The notes under the pieces are model-generated. The model saw only the letters and a list, made by a program, of their open reading frames with translations, made no database searches and was not told the origin of the DNA. This document shows, in pieces, positions 1 through 8,470 of a stretch of 64,000 nt of DNA (position 1 is its first letter; every line of letters starts with the position of its first letter). The DNA lies in the NCBI GenBank assembly GCA_965371515.1, contig CBDUYR010000006.1:1-64000 (forward strand). The letters run 5' to 3'. Made by a program: the position numbers and the translations under genes. Source of the stretch: an uncultured bacterium. GTDB taxonomy: Bacteria > Krumholzibacteriota > Krumholzibacteriia > Krumholzibacteriales > Krumholzibacteriaceae.

Positions 1-53
1 TTCACATGCATGAATAAACAGCCGGGTGGTCTGTATCTGATGACGCTCTGATT

Positions 54-3000
54 TTACCTCAGAAGTACCATCTTTTGGGTGGTCCCGAGCTGACGTCCAT
101 CGGAGAGCACCCTGTAGAAGTAGATGCCGCTCGCTACCGTACTGCCCCTGCTGTTGCTGCCGTTCCAGGGGATCGACACGGGACCGTTCGAGCAGTAGCC
201 TCTGTCGATAGCATTGACAAGAGCGCCGCGCACGTCATAGATACGCAGCTCCACGCTTCCGGGCCTGTCGAGATTGAACCGGACCTCGGTGCTGGGATTG
301 AATGGGTTCGGCCAGGCGCGCATATCGAGAGAAACCGGCTCGTCGGCCTCTGCTACGACTTCACGCGCACCCTCTGCGTTGGCCACCGGCATGACAGGAG
401 GAGGGACTATGTCGACCCATAGTCCTACCCCGATCTCGGGATCGTCGGGATCATCGCTGGATATAGTCAACGCCTCATAGTGTGTGCCGGCAGGTGCACT
501 CGTCAGGAGCTTCACGGCCACCTCGTACGACTCACCCGGATCGACAGTGAATGGTGTGGCCGTTACCACTTCAAACATACTTGGAAGACTCGACTCGAGA
601 TCCGTCACCGTCAGCGTATGTCCCTCGCAGCCGATGTTTTGAACATCGAACATCATTGTAATCGGTTTGAAATAGTACAGGAGGGTGCCCCAGTCGAGTT
701 TATTGACCGATGTAGTGATATGGCTTGCCGGAAGCACCGTCATGCTGAGCGGGAATTCGACCACGTCGTTTTCAGGATCGGTTGACCTGATCGTCAAAAT
801 GCCGGCCAGATCCTCGTTGCAGTAGCCACGTGCATCGAAGGTGACTTCAACGACCAGCGAATCACCAGGCGCGATCGACTCGACCGATGTCGAAAGTGTT
901 GCCCACTCGGGGATCCCGAAATATCCAAGTATGACATTGAGCTGATAACCGCCGTTGTTGTATATCGTCATGGTCTCCTGATGGACGGCTTCTGTATACA
1001 CGAGAGCGCTGAGCTCGGTTGGAACAAGGACCATCTCGGGCGGCGTTACACCCTCTCCTGAGAGTTGGATTACGGTCGTCTCCGGACCCTCGTCGCCGAA
1101 TGTGTTGATGCTCAGCGTCCCGTAGATCTCTCCGTAGCTCGACGGGGCGAAGGTTACCTGCACCGGTATCGTTGCCTCGGCAGGGACCAACGTCAGTTGA
1201 GTAACAGAGAAGTCCGGATTGTCGAGCACCAGACTCATGATCGGGAGAGACTCGCAACCGAGGTTGGTGATGAAGACTAAAGCCTCCTCATTGCTGCCTA
1301 CGATAACCGGCCCGTAGTTGATGTAGGCTGGATCCACGGCCATCTTCGCGTCCCCGGAGACGGTGAGCTCGAGCGGCAGCGTGACGAGGGGATCGCTCTC
1401 GTCGTTGCTCGCGACCTCGACGTACGCCGAGTTCTCGCCGCAGGGAAAGTCGTCGACTCCGACAAAGAGTATTACCGTCCTGCTGTCCCCCGGCTGAATC
1501 GATCCGGAGGTGGGATAGCAGGTGATCGAAGGGAACTCGGCGGGAATAACGACCTCATAGTCCAGTGTGCCCACGCCGTTGTTCTCGATCTCGAAGGGAA
1601 GCTGGTTCAGGATCCACTTCTCCGTTGCTGCAACGATCGTTGTCGGATCCAGCGCTATCTCGGGGGGACCAAGGGTCGTGAAACCCTTGACCTTCGTGAT
1701 GCCTGACACGTTATCGCTGTAATCGCCGCCGAGCCGATAGTAGTAGGAGCCCCATTCATCGAAAACGCGGAAAGCTATGTAATAAGTTGTCCCCTGTTCG
1801 AGGCCGTCGATGACGAAGGTCTCCTTGGTGCCGGCTTGCTGAGGATCGGGGACCGGTTCGATCAACGCAGCCTGCTCGAACTGCTTAGTGTTACGTATGG
1901 GGATGGTCGCGTAGCGGAACTCGTATTCGCTCGCCGTTCCGTCACCGCCGTCGTCGCCCGTGGCCGTCCATTCGAGCTCTATCCAGTTGCTCGCCACTTC
2001 CTTTACCGTCACCCTGCGGATCGTTGCTGGAGCGGCGTAATCGGGATCGGCAATGGCCAGGAATGCGTTGACCCTGCCCCCGGAAACGCACTTGTCCTTG
2101 AGAGATTCGAGAGGGTCGACCATATCGAGCAATCTTGCCTTGAAATCGATGCCGCTTTCAGGGCCTGCCTTGGCAATCATCAGAGCCAGAACTCCACTGA
2201 TATAAGGTGTGGAACAAGAGGTGCCCACTAAACTAGTATAACCGCCGCCCGGTTCGCAGACCCTCCCGGTGATGGGTGCTCCGAGATCGACAGATATAGC
2301 CCCATAGTTAAAGACCTGATCATCTGCTACATTCGTTCCTGTTACACCAATGATCTTATCGTACTCAAAACAAACCGGATACCTTGGGTAGATATCAAGA
2401 TCATAGCTCTGATTATGAGCCGCACAAGCCATATAGATTCCGGCCGCGTCCGCCTGCAGGCACGCCAGAGAGAATAGATCCAGATCTTCTGTTGTGCCAA
2501 AACTCATGTTCAGGACATCTACATCCATACTTATAGCATATTCTATCGCCTCTATAATGTGGCTCGTCGGCCAATCAGCAGACGCGGCGGCAACATCCAA
2601 TGGCATTATACTTACTTCCCAGCACACACCGGAGACACCGATACCGTTATCCGTGTCAGCGCCAATGATGCTGGCACACATAGTCCCATGACCAGAGTCA
2701 TCTACCGGGTGAGGAGAATTGTTCCAGAAATTCCATCCATGGAAATCATCGACATATCCGTTGTCGTCGTCGTCGATATTGTTGCCCGGTATTTCTCCGG
2801 GATTATAATAAATGTTGTCCTCTAAATCGGGATGATAAATATCTACGCCGGAATCGATCACGCCGACGATGACCGTCTTTGAACCACGATGTATGTCCCA
2901 GGCATGCACGGCACGAATATCGATGTTGGGCAGATAGGGCGGCTCTAACGTATTGTGCAGCGGCCACGAAGGAAATAGCGGGTCATTCGGTATCTCCGCC

Positions 3001-3317
3001 GGCTCGAAATAGACATTGGGCTCGATGAACTCGATGTGGGGGTGTCCCCTGAACCGCGAAAGCGCCTCTTCGACCGTCATGCCGTTCAGCCGGTGGTGTG
3101 AGGCACCAATGAACTCGAACTCCTTTATCTTCGTAGCGCCCATCTCCCTCAGCACTCCGTTGCGCTGAGTCGTTGTCGCTGACTCCTTGAACTTGATAAG
3201 GACCTCGCCAGGCGCGTAGCGCGCCTCATCGGCGAAAGCGGGGAACATCGCCCCTATAAGCAGAAATCCAAGGATACAGAAAACAAGAGCTCGAAACTGA
3301 AACCTCATCGATAACAT
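54..3317 (-). CDS. Secreted S8 (subtilisin-like) serine peptidase with FN3/Ig-like domains and C-terminal FlgD-Ig sorting domain
   Basis: Signal peptide; PGEVLIKFK propeptide; triad motifs VIDSG, HGTMCA, GTSCSTP; C-terminal WPNPFNP...GIYFYR; SD GGGGGAGG upstream. Confidence 0.93.
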   Translation of the reverse strand: MLSMRFQFRALVFCILGFLLIGAMFPAFADEARYAPGEVLIKFKESATTTQRNGVLREMGATKIKEFEFIGASHHRLNGMTVEEALSRFRGHPHIEFIEPNVYFEPAEIPNDPLFPSWPLHNTLEPPYLPNIDIRAVHAWDIHRGSKTVIVGVIDSGVDIYHPDLEDNIYYNPGEIPGNNIDDDDNGYVDDFHGWNFWNNSPHPVDDSGHGTMCASIIGADTDNGIGVSGVCWEVSIMPLDVAAASADWPTSHIIEAIEYAISMDVDVLNMSFGTTEDLDLFSLACLQADAAGIYMACAAHNQSYDLDIYPRYPVCFEYDKIIGVTGTNVADDQVFNYGAISVDLGAPITGRVCEPGGGYTSLVGTSCSTPYISGVLALMIAKAGPESGIDFKARLLDMVDPLESLKDKCVSGGRVNAFLAIADPDYAAPATIRRVTVKEVASNWIELEWTATGDDGGDGTASEYEFRYATIPIRNTKQFEQAALIEPVPDPQQAGTKETFVIDGLEQGTTYYIAFRVFDEWGSYYYRLGGDYSDNVSGITKVKGFTTLGPPEIALDPTTIVAATEKWILNQLPFEIENNGVGTLDYEVVIPAEFPSITCYPTSGSIQPGDSRTVILFVGVDDFPCGENSAYVEVASNDESDPLVTLPLELTVSGDAKMAVDPAYINYGPVIVGSNEEALVFITNLGCESLPIMSLVLDNPDFSVTQLTLVPAEATIPVQVTFAPSSYGEIYGTLSINTFGDEGPETTVIQLSGEGVTPPEMVLVPTELSALVYTEAVHQETMTIYNNGGYQLNVILGYFGIPEWATLSTSVESIAPGDSLVVEVTFDARGYCNEDLAGILTIRSTDPENDVVEFPLSMTVLPASHITTSVNKLDWGTLLYYFKPITMMFDVQNIGCEGHTLTVTDLESSLPSMFEVVTATPFTVDPGESYEVAVKLLTSAPAGTHYEALTISSDDPDDPEIGVGLWVDIVPPPVMPVANAEGAREVVAEADEPVSLDMRAWPNPFNPSTEVRFNLDRPGSVELRIYDVRGALVNAIDRGYCSNGPVSIPWNGSNSRGSTVASGIYFYRVLSDGRQLGTTQKMVLLR

Positions 3318-3594
3318 TATGGCCTCCCCCTCTATGCAAACTTACGGGAAACTAACTTAAAACGATTCCTATAATCCTCGTTGCAGACTCGACTACCCCC
3401 TTTCTCCACATAGGGAAGAGACGGAATGGAGACTGTTATTACGAAGATAAAAAAATATTTAAATCAGTTGAAATTACTCGCGTTGCTGAATCGCGGGATC
3501 AATTTTCAGGTGAAGTCCAGGTGATTCCATTTCAGACAATCTCTCGGGGGCTTCGAGAAACGTTTCAAACCCCATGACGACGGGCATTTAATCC

Positions 3595-3623
3595 TTGATG
3601 GAGGGTATATCATCAAATATATT
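3595..3623 (+). promoter_or_regulatory. sigma70-like promoter for glnA, overlapped by palindrome TTGATG-N10-CATCAA
   Basis: TTGATG (3595-3600), 17-nt spacer, TATATT (3618-3623); inverted repeat 3595-3616. Confidence 0.5.
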
Positions 3624-3698
3624 GGAAATCCGCGCCCACGCCCCCGGCCGGGAGTGTGAGGCCATCTCCGAACGTATTGAAAACAGGGGGGTTGTGCT

Positions 3699-5108
3699 AT
3701 TTTTACCTCTATCACGAAACTCAAGTCCGAGATCAAGCGGCAGGGCATCAAGCTCGTCGACCTCAAGTTCACCGATTTTCTGGGCCGCTGGCACCGCCTG
3801 ACCGTCCCGGCATCGAGCGCCGACAACAGGCTCTTCTCAGTCGGCCTCGGATTTGATGGCTCGAACTTCGCCGGCCTCAAGACTGTCGAACTCGGCGACC
3901 TCTCCCTCGTACCCGACCTTTCGACGGGATTCGTCGATCCGTTCAGCGCCATCCCGACTGTCTGCTTCATCTGCGACATCGTCGAGGCCGACTCGAAGAA
4001 ACCCTTCCCCCGCGACCCGAGACATATCGCCCGTAAGGCTGAGGCGTTCCTCAAGAAGACCGCCATCGCCGACCTCTCGCTTTGGGGCCCCGAGTTCGAG
4101 TACTACGTATTCGACGAGGTACTCGTCGACACCTCGAACCTCAGCTTCGGCTACGAGATCGCCCCGTGCGAGGGCGAGAACAAGGGTAGTTTCGGTCTGA
4201 AGACGCACGGCGGCTATCACGCGCTGCCCCCCGAGGACAAGCTCGCCGGGATTCGCGACCGCACCGTCGTCCTGCTCGAGGAAGCGGGCATCGGGATCAA
4301 GTACCACCATCACGAGGTGGGCGGTCACGGCCAGGGTGAGATCGAGGTCGAGTTTGCGCCGCTGACAAAGATGGGCGACATCTCGATGATCGTTAAGTAT
4401 TTTGTGCGCATGGCCGCCGACGAGGCGGGGATGATCGCGACATTCATGCCCAAGCCGATACACAACGAGGCGGGCAACGGGATGCACTTTCACCAGCACC
4501 TGTTCAAGAAGGGCAAGCCGCTGTTCTACAGCAAGTCGGGTTATGCCGGGCTTAGCAGGACGGCGCTTCAGTACATCGCCGGACTGCTCCACCACTCCCC
4601 CGCCCTGCTCGCGCTGACAAACCCAAGCACGAACTCGTACAAGCGTCTGGTGCCCGGCTTCGAGGCGCCGGTCAACGCCTTCTTCTCGCTCGGCAACAGG
4701 TCGGCCGCTATCAGGATCCCGAAATACGCGTCGTCACCGGAGAAGAAGAGGCTCGAGTTCAGGCCCCCCGACGCGACGGGGAACATCTACCTCTCGATGG
4801 CCGCGCAGCTGATGGCCGGCATCGACGGCATCCGCAACAAGCTCGACCCGAAAGAACTGGGATTCGGACCGCTCGAGGTAAACGTGTTCGAGATGACCGA
4901 CAAGGAGCGCGGGAAGATCAAGTCACTGCCCGGCTCGCTCTCCGAGGCGCTGCACGCGCTGGAGAAGGACTACGAGTTCCTCCTGCAGGGCGACGTCTTC
5001 GACGCGACGATGATAGAGGACTGGATCGCATTGAAATTCGACAAGGACGTAATGCCGGTGCGAAACCGCACCCATCCGCTCGAGGTCCAGCTCTACCTCG
5101 ACTGCTGA
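3699..5108 (+). CDS. glnA: Glutamine synthetase type I (469 aa, apparent ATT start)
   Basis: Frame of the 4317..5108 ORF stays open back to TGA at 3678-3680; it encodes IKLVDLKFTDFLGRWH, GFDGS, RDPR, GPEFEYY, HHHEV, FMPKP, NGMHFHQ, NSYKRLVPGFEAP, NRSAAIRIP, RLEFRPPD; SD AGGGGGG lies 7 nt before ATT TTT ACC. Confidence 0.93.
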   Translation: MFTSITKLKSEIKRQGIKLVDLKFTDFLGRWHRLTVPASSADNRLFSVGLGFDGSNFAGLKTVELGDLSLVPDLSTGFVDPFSAIPTVCFICDIVEADSKKPFPRDPRHIARKAEAFLKKTAIADLSLWGPEFEYYVFDEVLVDTSNLSFGYEIAPCEGENKGSFGLKTHGGYHALPPEDKLAGIRDRTVVLLEEAGIGIKYHHHEVGGHGQGEIEVEFAPLTKMGDISMIVKYFVRMAADEAGMIATFMPKPIHNEAGNGMHFHQHLFKKGKPLFYSKSGYAGLSRTALQYIAGLLHHSPALLALTNPSTNSYKRLVPGFEAPVNAFFSLGNRSAAIRIPKYASSPEKKRLEFRPPDATGNIYLSMAAQLMAGIDGIRNKLDPKELGFGPLEVNVFEMTDKERGKIKSLPGSLSEALHALEKDYEFLLQGDVFDATMIEDWIALKFDKDVMPVRNRTHPLEVQLYLDC

Positions 5109-5130
5109 TATTCAGGGAAGGGAGCAACGG

Positions 5131-7047
5131 GTGACCGAATTCCGACAACTTGGCGAGATGACGCTCGAGGACTACCAGGCGATTGGGATGAAGAGCGGCC
5201 TCGAGATACACCAGCAGCTCGACACCGAGAAGAAGCTTTTCTGCCGCTGCCCCATCCTTCCCTACAGCGATAAAGTCGACGCGCAGATCCTCCGGCACAT
5301 GCGGCCCACACTCTCCGAGCTGGGCGAGTACGACGGCACCGCCCTGATGGAGTTCAAGACAAAGAAAAACATCACCTACCAGATAAACAAGAAAACGGTC
5401 TGCACGTACGAGATGGACGACACGCCGCCTTTCGAGCTCAACCAGCAGGCGCTCGAGATCGCGCTCGAGATCACGATGCTGCTCAACTGCAAGCTCGTCA
5501 GCGAGATTCACATCGCCCGCAAGCAGTACCTCGACGGATCGATCCCGACCGGATTCCAGCGCACGACTATACTCGGCGTCGACGGCTGGATACCGTACGG
5601 CGACAGGAAGATCGGCATCATCCAGCTCGGACTCGAGGAAGACGCCTGCCGAGAGGTCAGCGATATCGGCCACGAACGGATTTACATGACCGACCGCCTC
5701 GGCATCCCCCTTATAGAGACAGTCACATATCCCGAGATGCGCACCCCGCAGGAGGTCGCCGACGTCGCCCAGGTCATCAGGTACCTCACCCGCTCGACGG
5801 GCAAGGTCCGCACCGGCATCGGGCGGACGAGACAGGACGTAAACGTGTCCGTCACTGGCGGACGAAGGGTCGAGATCAAGGGCGTTCCGCGCATCCCGAT
5901 GATCCCGCTGCTCGTCCATAACGAGGCGTTCAGGCAGCTCGCGCTTCTCGACATAAAGAAGACCCTCAACGACCGGGGTGTCACAGAAGAGACATTCGAG
6001 TATGACTCGGTAGAGATCACCGACATCTTCAAGGGAACACAGTACTACCCCGTCGCCAAGGCGCTGAAAGACAGCCTCGAGGTCCATGCGGTCGTACTGC
6101 GCGGCTTTCGCGGCATCCTGTCGACGAAGATACAACCGGAGACGACATTCTCGAAGGAGATTTCGGACCGCGTGCGCGTCGTCGCCTGCCTCGACAGACT
6201 GCCCAACATCGCTCACTCGGACAGCGAGGGCGAGACATTCTCGAGCGCCGAGTGGACGAAGATAAAAAAGCATGCGAAAATGGGCAACGACGACGTTATC
6301 GTGATCGTCTGGGGCGGCGAGGACGACGTCAGGATGGGTGTCAGTGAGATCGCGCTGCGCGCGAAGGAAGCGGCGATCGGCGTCCCCGACGAGACGCGCC
6401 AGGCGCTGGCCGACGGGACGAACGGATTCGAAAGGATTCTGCCCGGCCCGAACAGGATGTATCCCGATACCGATCTGCCGCCGATCGCGATCACCGACGA
6501 GCGCATAGAGCGTATCAGATCGACCCTGGCAGAGCTCTCATGGGACAGACAGAAACGGTACGAGGGTATGGGGCTCGACAAGGAAACGGCGCGCAGAATG
6601 AGCATCTCGAAGCGCAGGGATGCCTTCGACGAGGCAGTATCGAAAACAAAGTACGAGCCGGCCACAGTGGCAGAACTGCTGCTCGGCGGACTGCGGAGAC
6701 TGCGACGACGAGACGGCGTGCAGGAATGCAGCGACGAGGTATTCGTCCAGACTCTGGTCGAGGCCGGTGAAAAGAAGCTGCCGAAAACAAGCCTGGAGGT
6801 GCTTCTCGCGAAGACGTGCGGCCCCGACGGAATAGATCCGTCTAAGACAGCAACCGCGTTCGAGATCCTCGACGCGAAGGCGCTGGAGAAAAAGATGAAA
6901 AAGTTCGCGGGCTCCCTCGAGCTCCCCGACATAGAACGAGATAAACTGGTAAGGTACCTGACCGGCCGGATGGCCACCGAGTTCAGGGGATATATCACGG
7001 GCCGTGAGGCATTCGATTTCGCGGGCCGTTTCGTCGCGTCTGAATAA
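5131..7047 (+). CDS. gatE: Glu-tRNA(Gln) amidotransferase subunit E (archaeal-type)
   Basis: GLEIHQQLDT.KKLFCRCP, RKQYLDGSIPTGFQRT, LEEDACR, DRLGIPLIE, RQDVNVS, GVPDETR, RMYPDTDLPP; 638 aa with the central AspRS-like insertion that GatB lacks. Confidence 0.92.
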   Translation: MTEFRQLGEMTLEDYQAIGMKSGLEIHQQLDTEKKLFCRCPILPYSDKVDAQILRHMRPTLSELGEYDGTALMEFKTKKNITYQINKKTVCTYEMDDTPPFELNQQALEIALEITMLLNCKLVSEIHIARKQYLDGSIPTGFQRTTILGVDGWIPYGDRKIGIIQLGLEEDACREVSDIGHERIYMTDRLGIPLIETVTYPEMRTPQEVADVAQVIRYLTRSTGKVRTGIGRTRQDVNVSVTGGRRVEIKGVPRIPMIPLLVHNEAFRQLALLDIKKTLNDRGVTEETFEYDSVEITDIFKGTQYYPVAKALKDSLEVHAVVLRGFRGILSTKIQPETTFSKEISDRVRVVACLDRLPNIAHSDSEGETFSSAEWTKIKKHAKMGNDDVIVIVWGGEDDVRMGVSEIALRAKEAAIGVPDETRQALADGTNGFERILPGPNRMYPDTDLPPIAITDERIERIRSTLAELSWDRQKRYEGMGLDKETARRMSISKRRDAFDEAVSKTKYEPATVAELLLGGLRRLRRRDGVQECSDEVFVQTLVEAGEKKLPKTSLEVLLAKTCGPDGIDPSKTATAFEILDAKALEKKMKKFAGSLELPDIERDKLVRYLTGRMATEFRGYITGREAFDFAGRFVASE

Positions 7048-7062
7048 ACGGCGCGAAGGAAG

Positions 7063-8457
7063 GTGATCGCACTGGGCAGCGATATCTACAAGGGATACAG
7101 TGGCGAAGCGCTGGAATGCCTGAAGAAGTTCGAGGCCGGTGTCTGGTTCGACGTAGAGGTCAACTCGACACGCGGCAATTTCAGGGGGATCATACTCCCC
7201 AGATCCGAGACCGCCGACAACAATCACATAGTGCTCAAGCTCGACACCGGCTACAACGTCGGCCTGGCAGTCGGCACGATCGAGACGATGACAACGCACG
7301 GCAAGCGTGAGGCACATTACAAGATCCCCGAGAAGGAATTCCCTTTCGACCCGAAGAAACCGACGGTCAAGCTCCTCGGCACAGGTGGCACGATCGCCTC
7401 GAGGCTCGACTACCGCACCGGCGCCGTTATCCCGGCGTTCACCCCGGGAGAGCTCTACGGCTCCGTTCCAGAACTAGCCGACATCTGCAATCTGGAGACG
7501 GAGAAGATGTACGGCGTATTCAGCGAGAACATGGGCCCCGAACAGTGGATAGGAACAGCCGAGAAGATCGGCGAGGAGATCAAGAAGGGTGTCAGCGGAG
7601 TCGTGATAGGCCACGGCACCGACACGATGCACCACACCGCGGCGATACTCTCGTTCATGGTGCAGGACTCGCCGGTACCGATCGTCATGGTCGGTTCCCA
7701 GCGCTCCAGCGACCGCCCGTCGAGCGATGCGGCCTTGAATCTGATACATGCGACGCGCACCGCCGCCTACAGCGACTTCGCCGAGGTGATGGTCTGCATG
7801 TTCGGCCCGACGAGCGACCAGTACGCCCTGCTCCACAGGGGAACACGCGTACGCAAGATGCACTCGTCGTACAGGTCTACATTCAGGACGATCGGCGACA
7901 TCCCCCTGGCGATGGTCGACCGCAAGAAATTCACGCCGCTGCGCGACGACATCAAGAAGCGCCGCAGCGACAGGAACGTGACGATCAACACGGCATTCGA
8001 CGACCGCATCTCGATCGTGTACTACTACCCCGCCATGAAACCGGACATCATCGATTCGCTGATCGACAACGGGTACAAGGGAATCGTTATCGCAGGTACT
8101 GGACTGGGGCATGTCAACAAGCCCCTCTACCCATCGCTCAAAAGAGCGTTCGACGAGGGGATCCATGTATACATGGCCGTTCAGACGCTCTGGGGGTACG
8201 TGCAGATGTACGTATACGACACGGGGCGCGACATGATGGATCTCGGTGTCATACCCGGCGCCAACATGCTGCCCGAGGTAGCGTACATGAAGCTCGGATG
8301 GGCGCTCGGCCAGAGCCAGGATCGCGAAGAAGTGAAGAAGATCATGCTGACCCCGATCGCAGGCGAAATCACCGAGAGGGAGCCACATAATGGCTACCTG
8401 ATCTACCAGGGCGGCATTCCCGAGGTCGAAGAGTTCATCAGCCAGTACAAAAAATAG
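7063..8457 (+). CDS. gatD: Glu-tRNA(Gln) amidotransferase subunit D (asparaginase-like glutaminase)
   Basis: GatD-specific N-domain (GIILPR...HIVLKLDTGYNVG) plus GTGGTIASRLDYRTGAV, HGTDTM, GSQRSSDRPSSDA, RKMHS. Confidence 0.93.
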   Translation: MIALGSDIYKGYSGEALECLKKFEAGVWFDVEVNSTRGNFRGIILPRSETADNNHIVLKLDTGYNVGLAVGTIETMTTHGKREAHYKIPEKEFPFDPKKPTVKLLGTGGTIASRLDYRTGAVIPAFTPGELYGSVPELADICNLETEKMYGVFSENMGPEQWIGTAEKIGEEIKKGVSGVVIGHGTDTMHHTAAILSFMVQDSPVPIVMVGSQRSSDRPSSDAALNLIHATRTAAYSDFAEVMVCMFGPTSDQYALLHRGTRVRKMHSSYRSTFRTIGDIPLAMVDRKKFTPLRDDIKKRRSDRNVTINTAFDDRISIVYYYPAMKPDIIDSLIDNGYKGIVIAGTGLGHVNKPLYPSLKRAFDEGIHVYMAVQTLWGYVQMYVYDTGRDMMDLGVIPGANMLPEVAYMKLGWALGQSQDREEVKKIMLTPIAGEITEREPHNGYLIYQGGIPEVEEFISQYKK

Positions 8458-8470
8458 GTACAGGCGGCAT

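Noticed and set aside
4317..5108. 263-aa truncated glnA or pseudogene, as given in the ORF track
   Set aside because: The frame is open and conserved back to 3699 with no stop or frameshift
5131..7047. Calling this gene gatB
   Set aside because: Length, insertion domain, GatE-type motifs and the adjacent gatD indicate GatE
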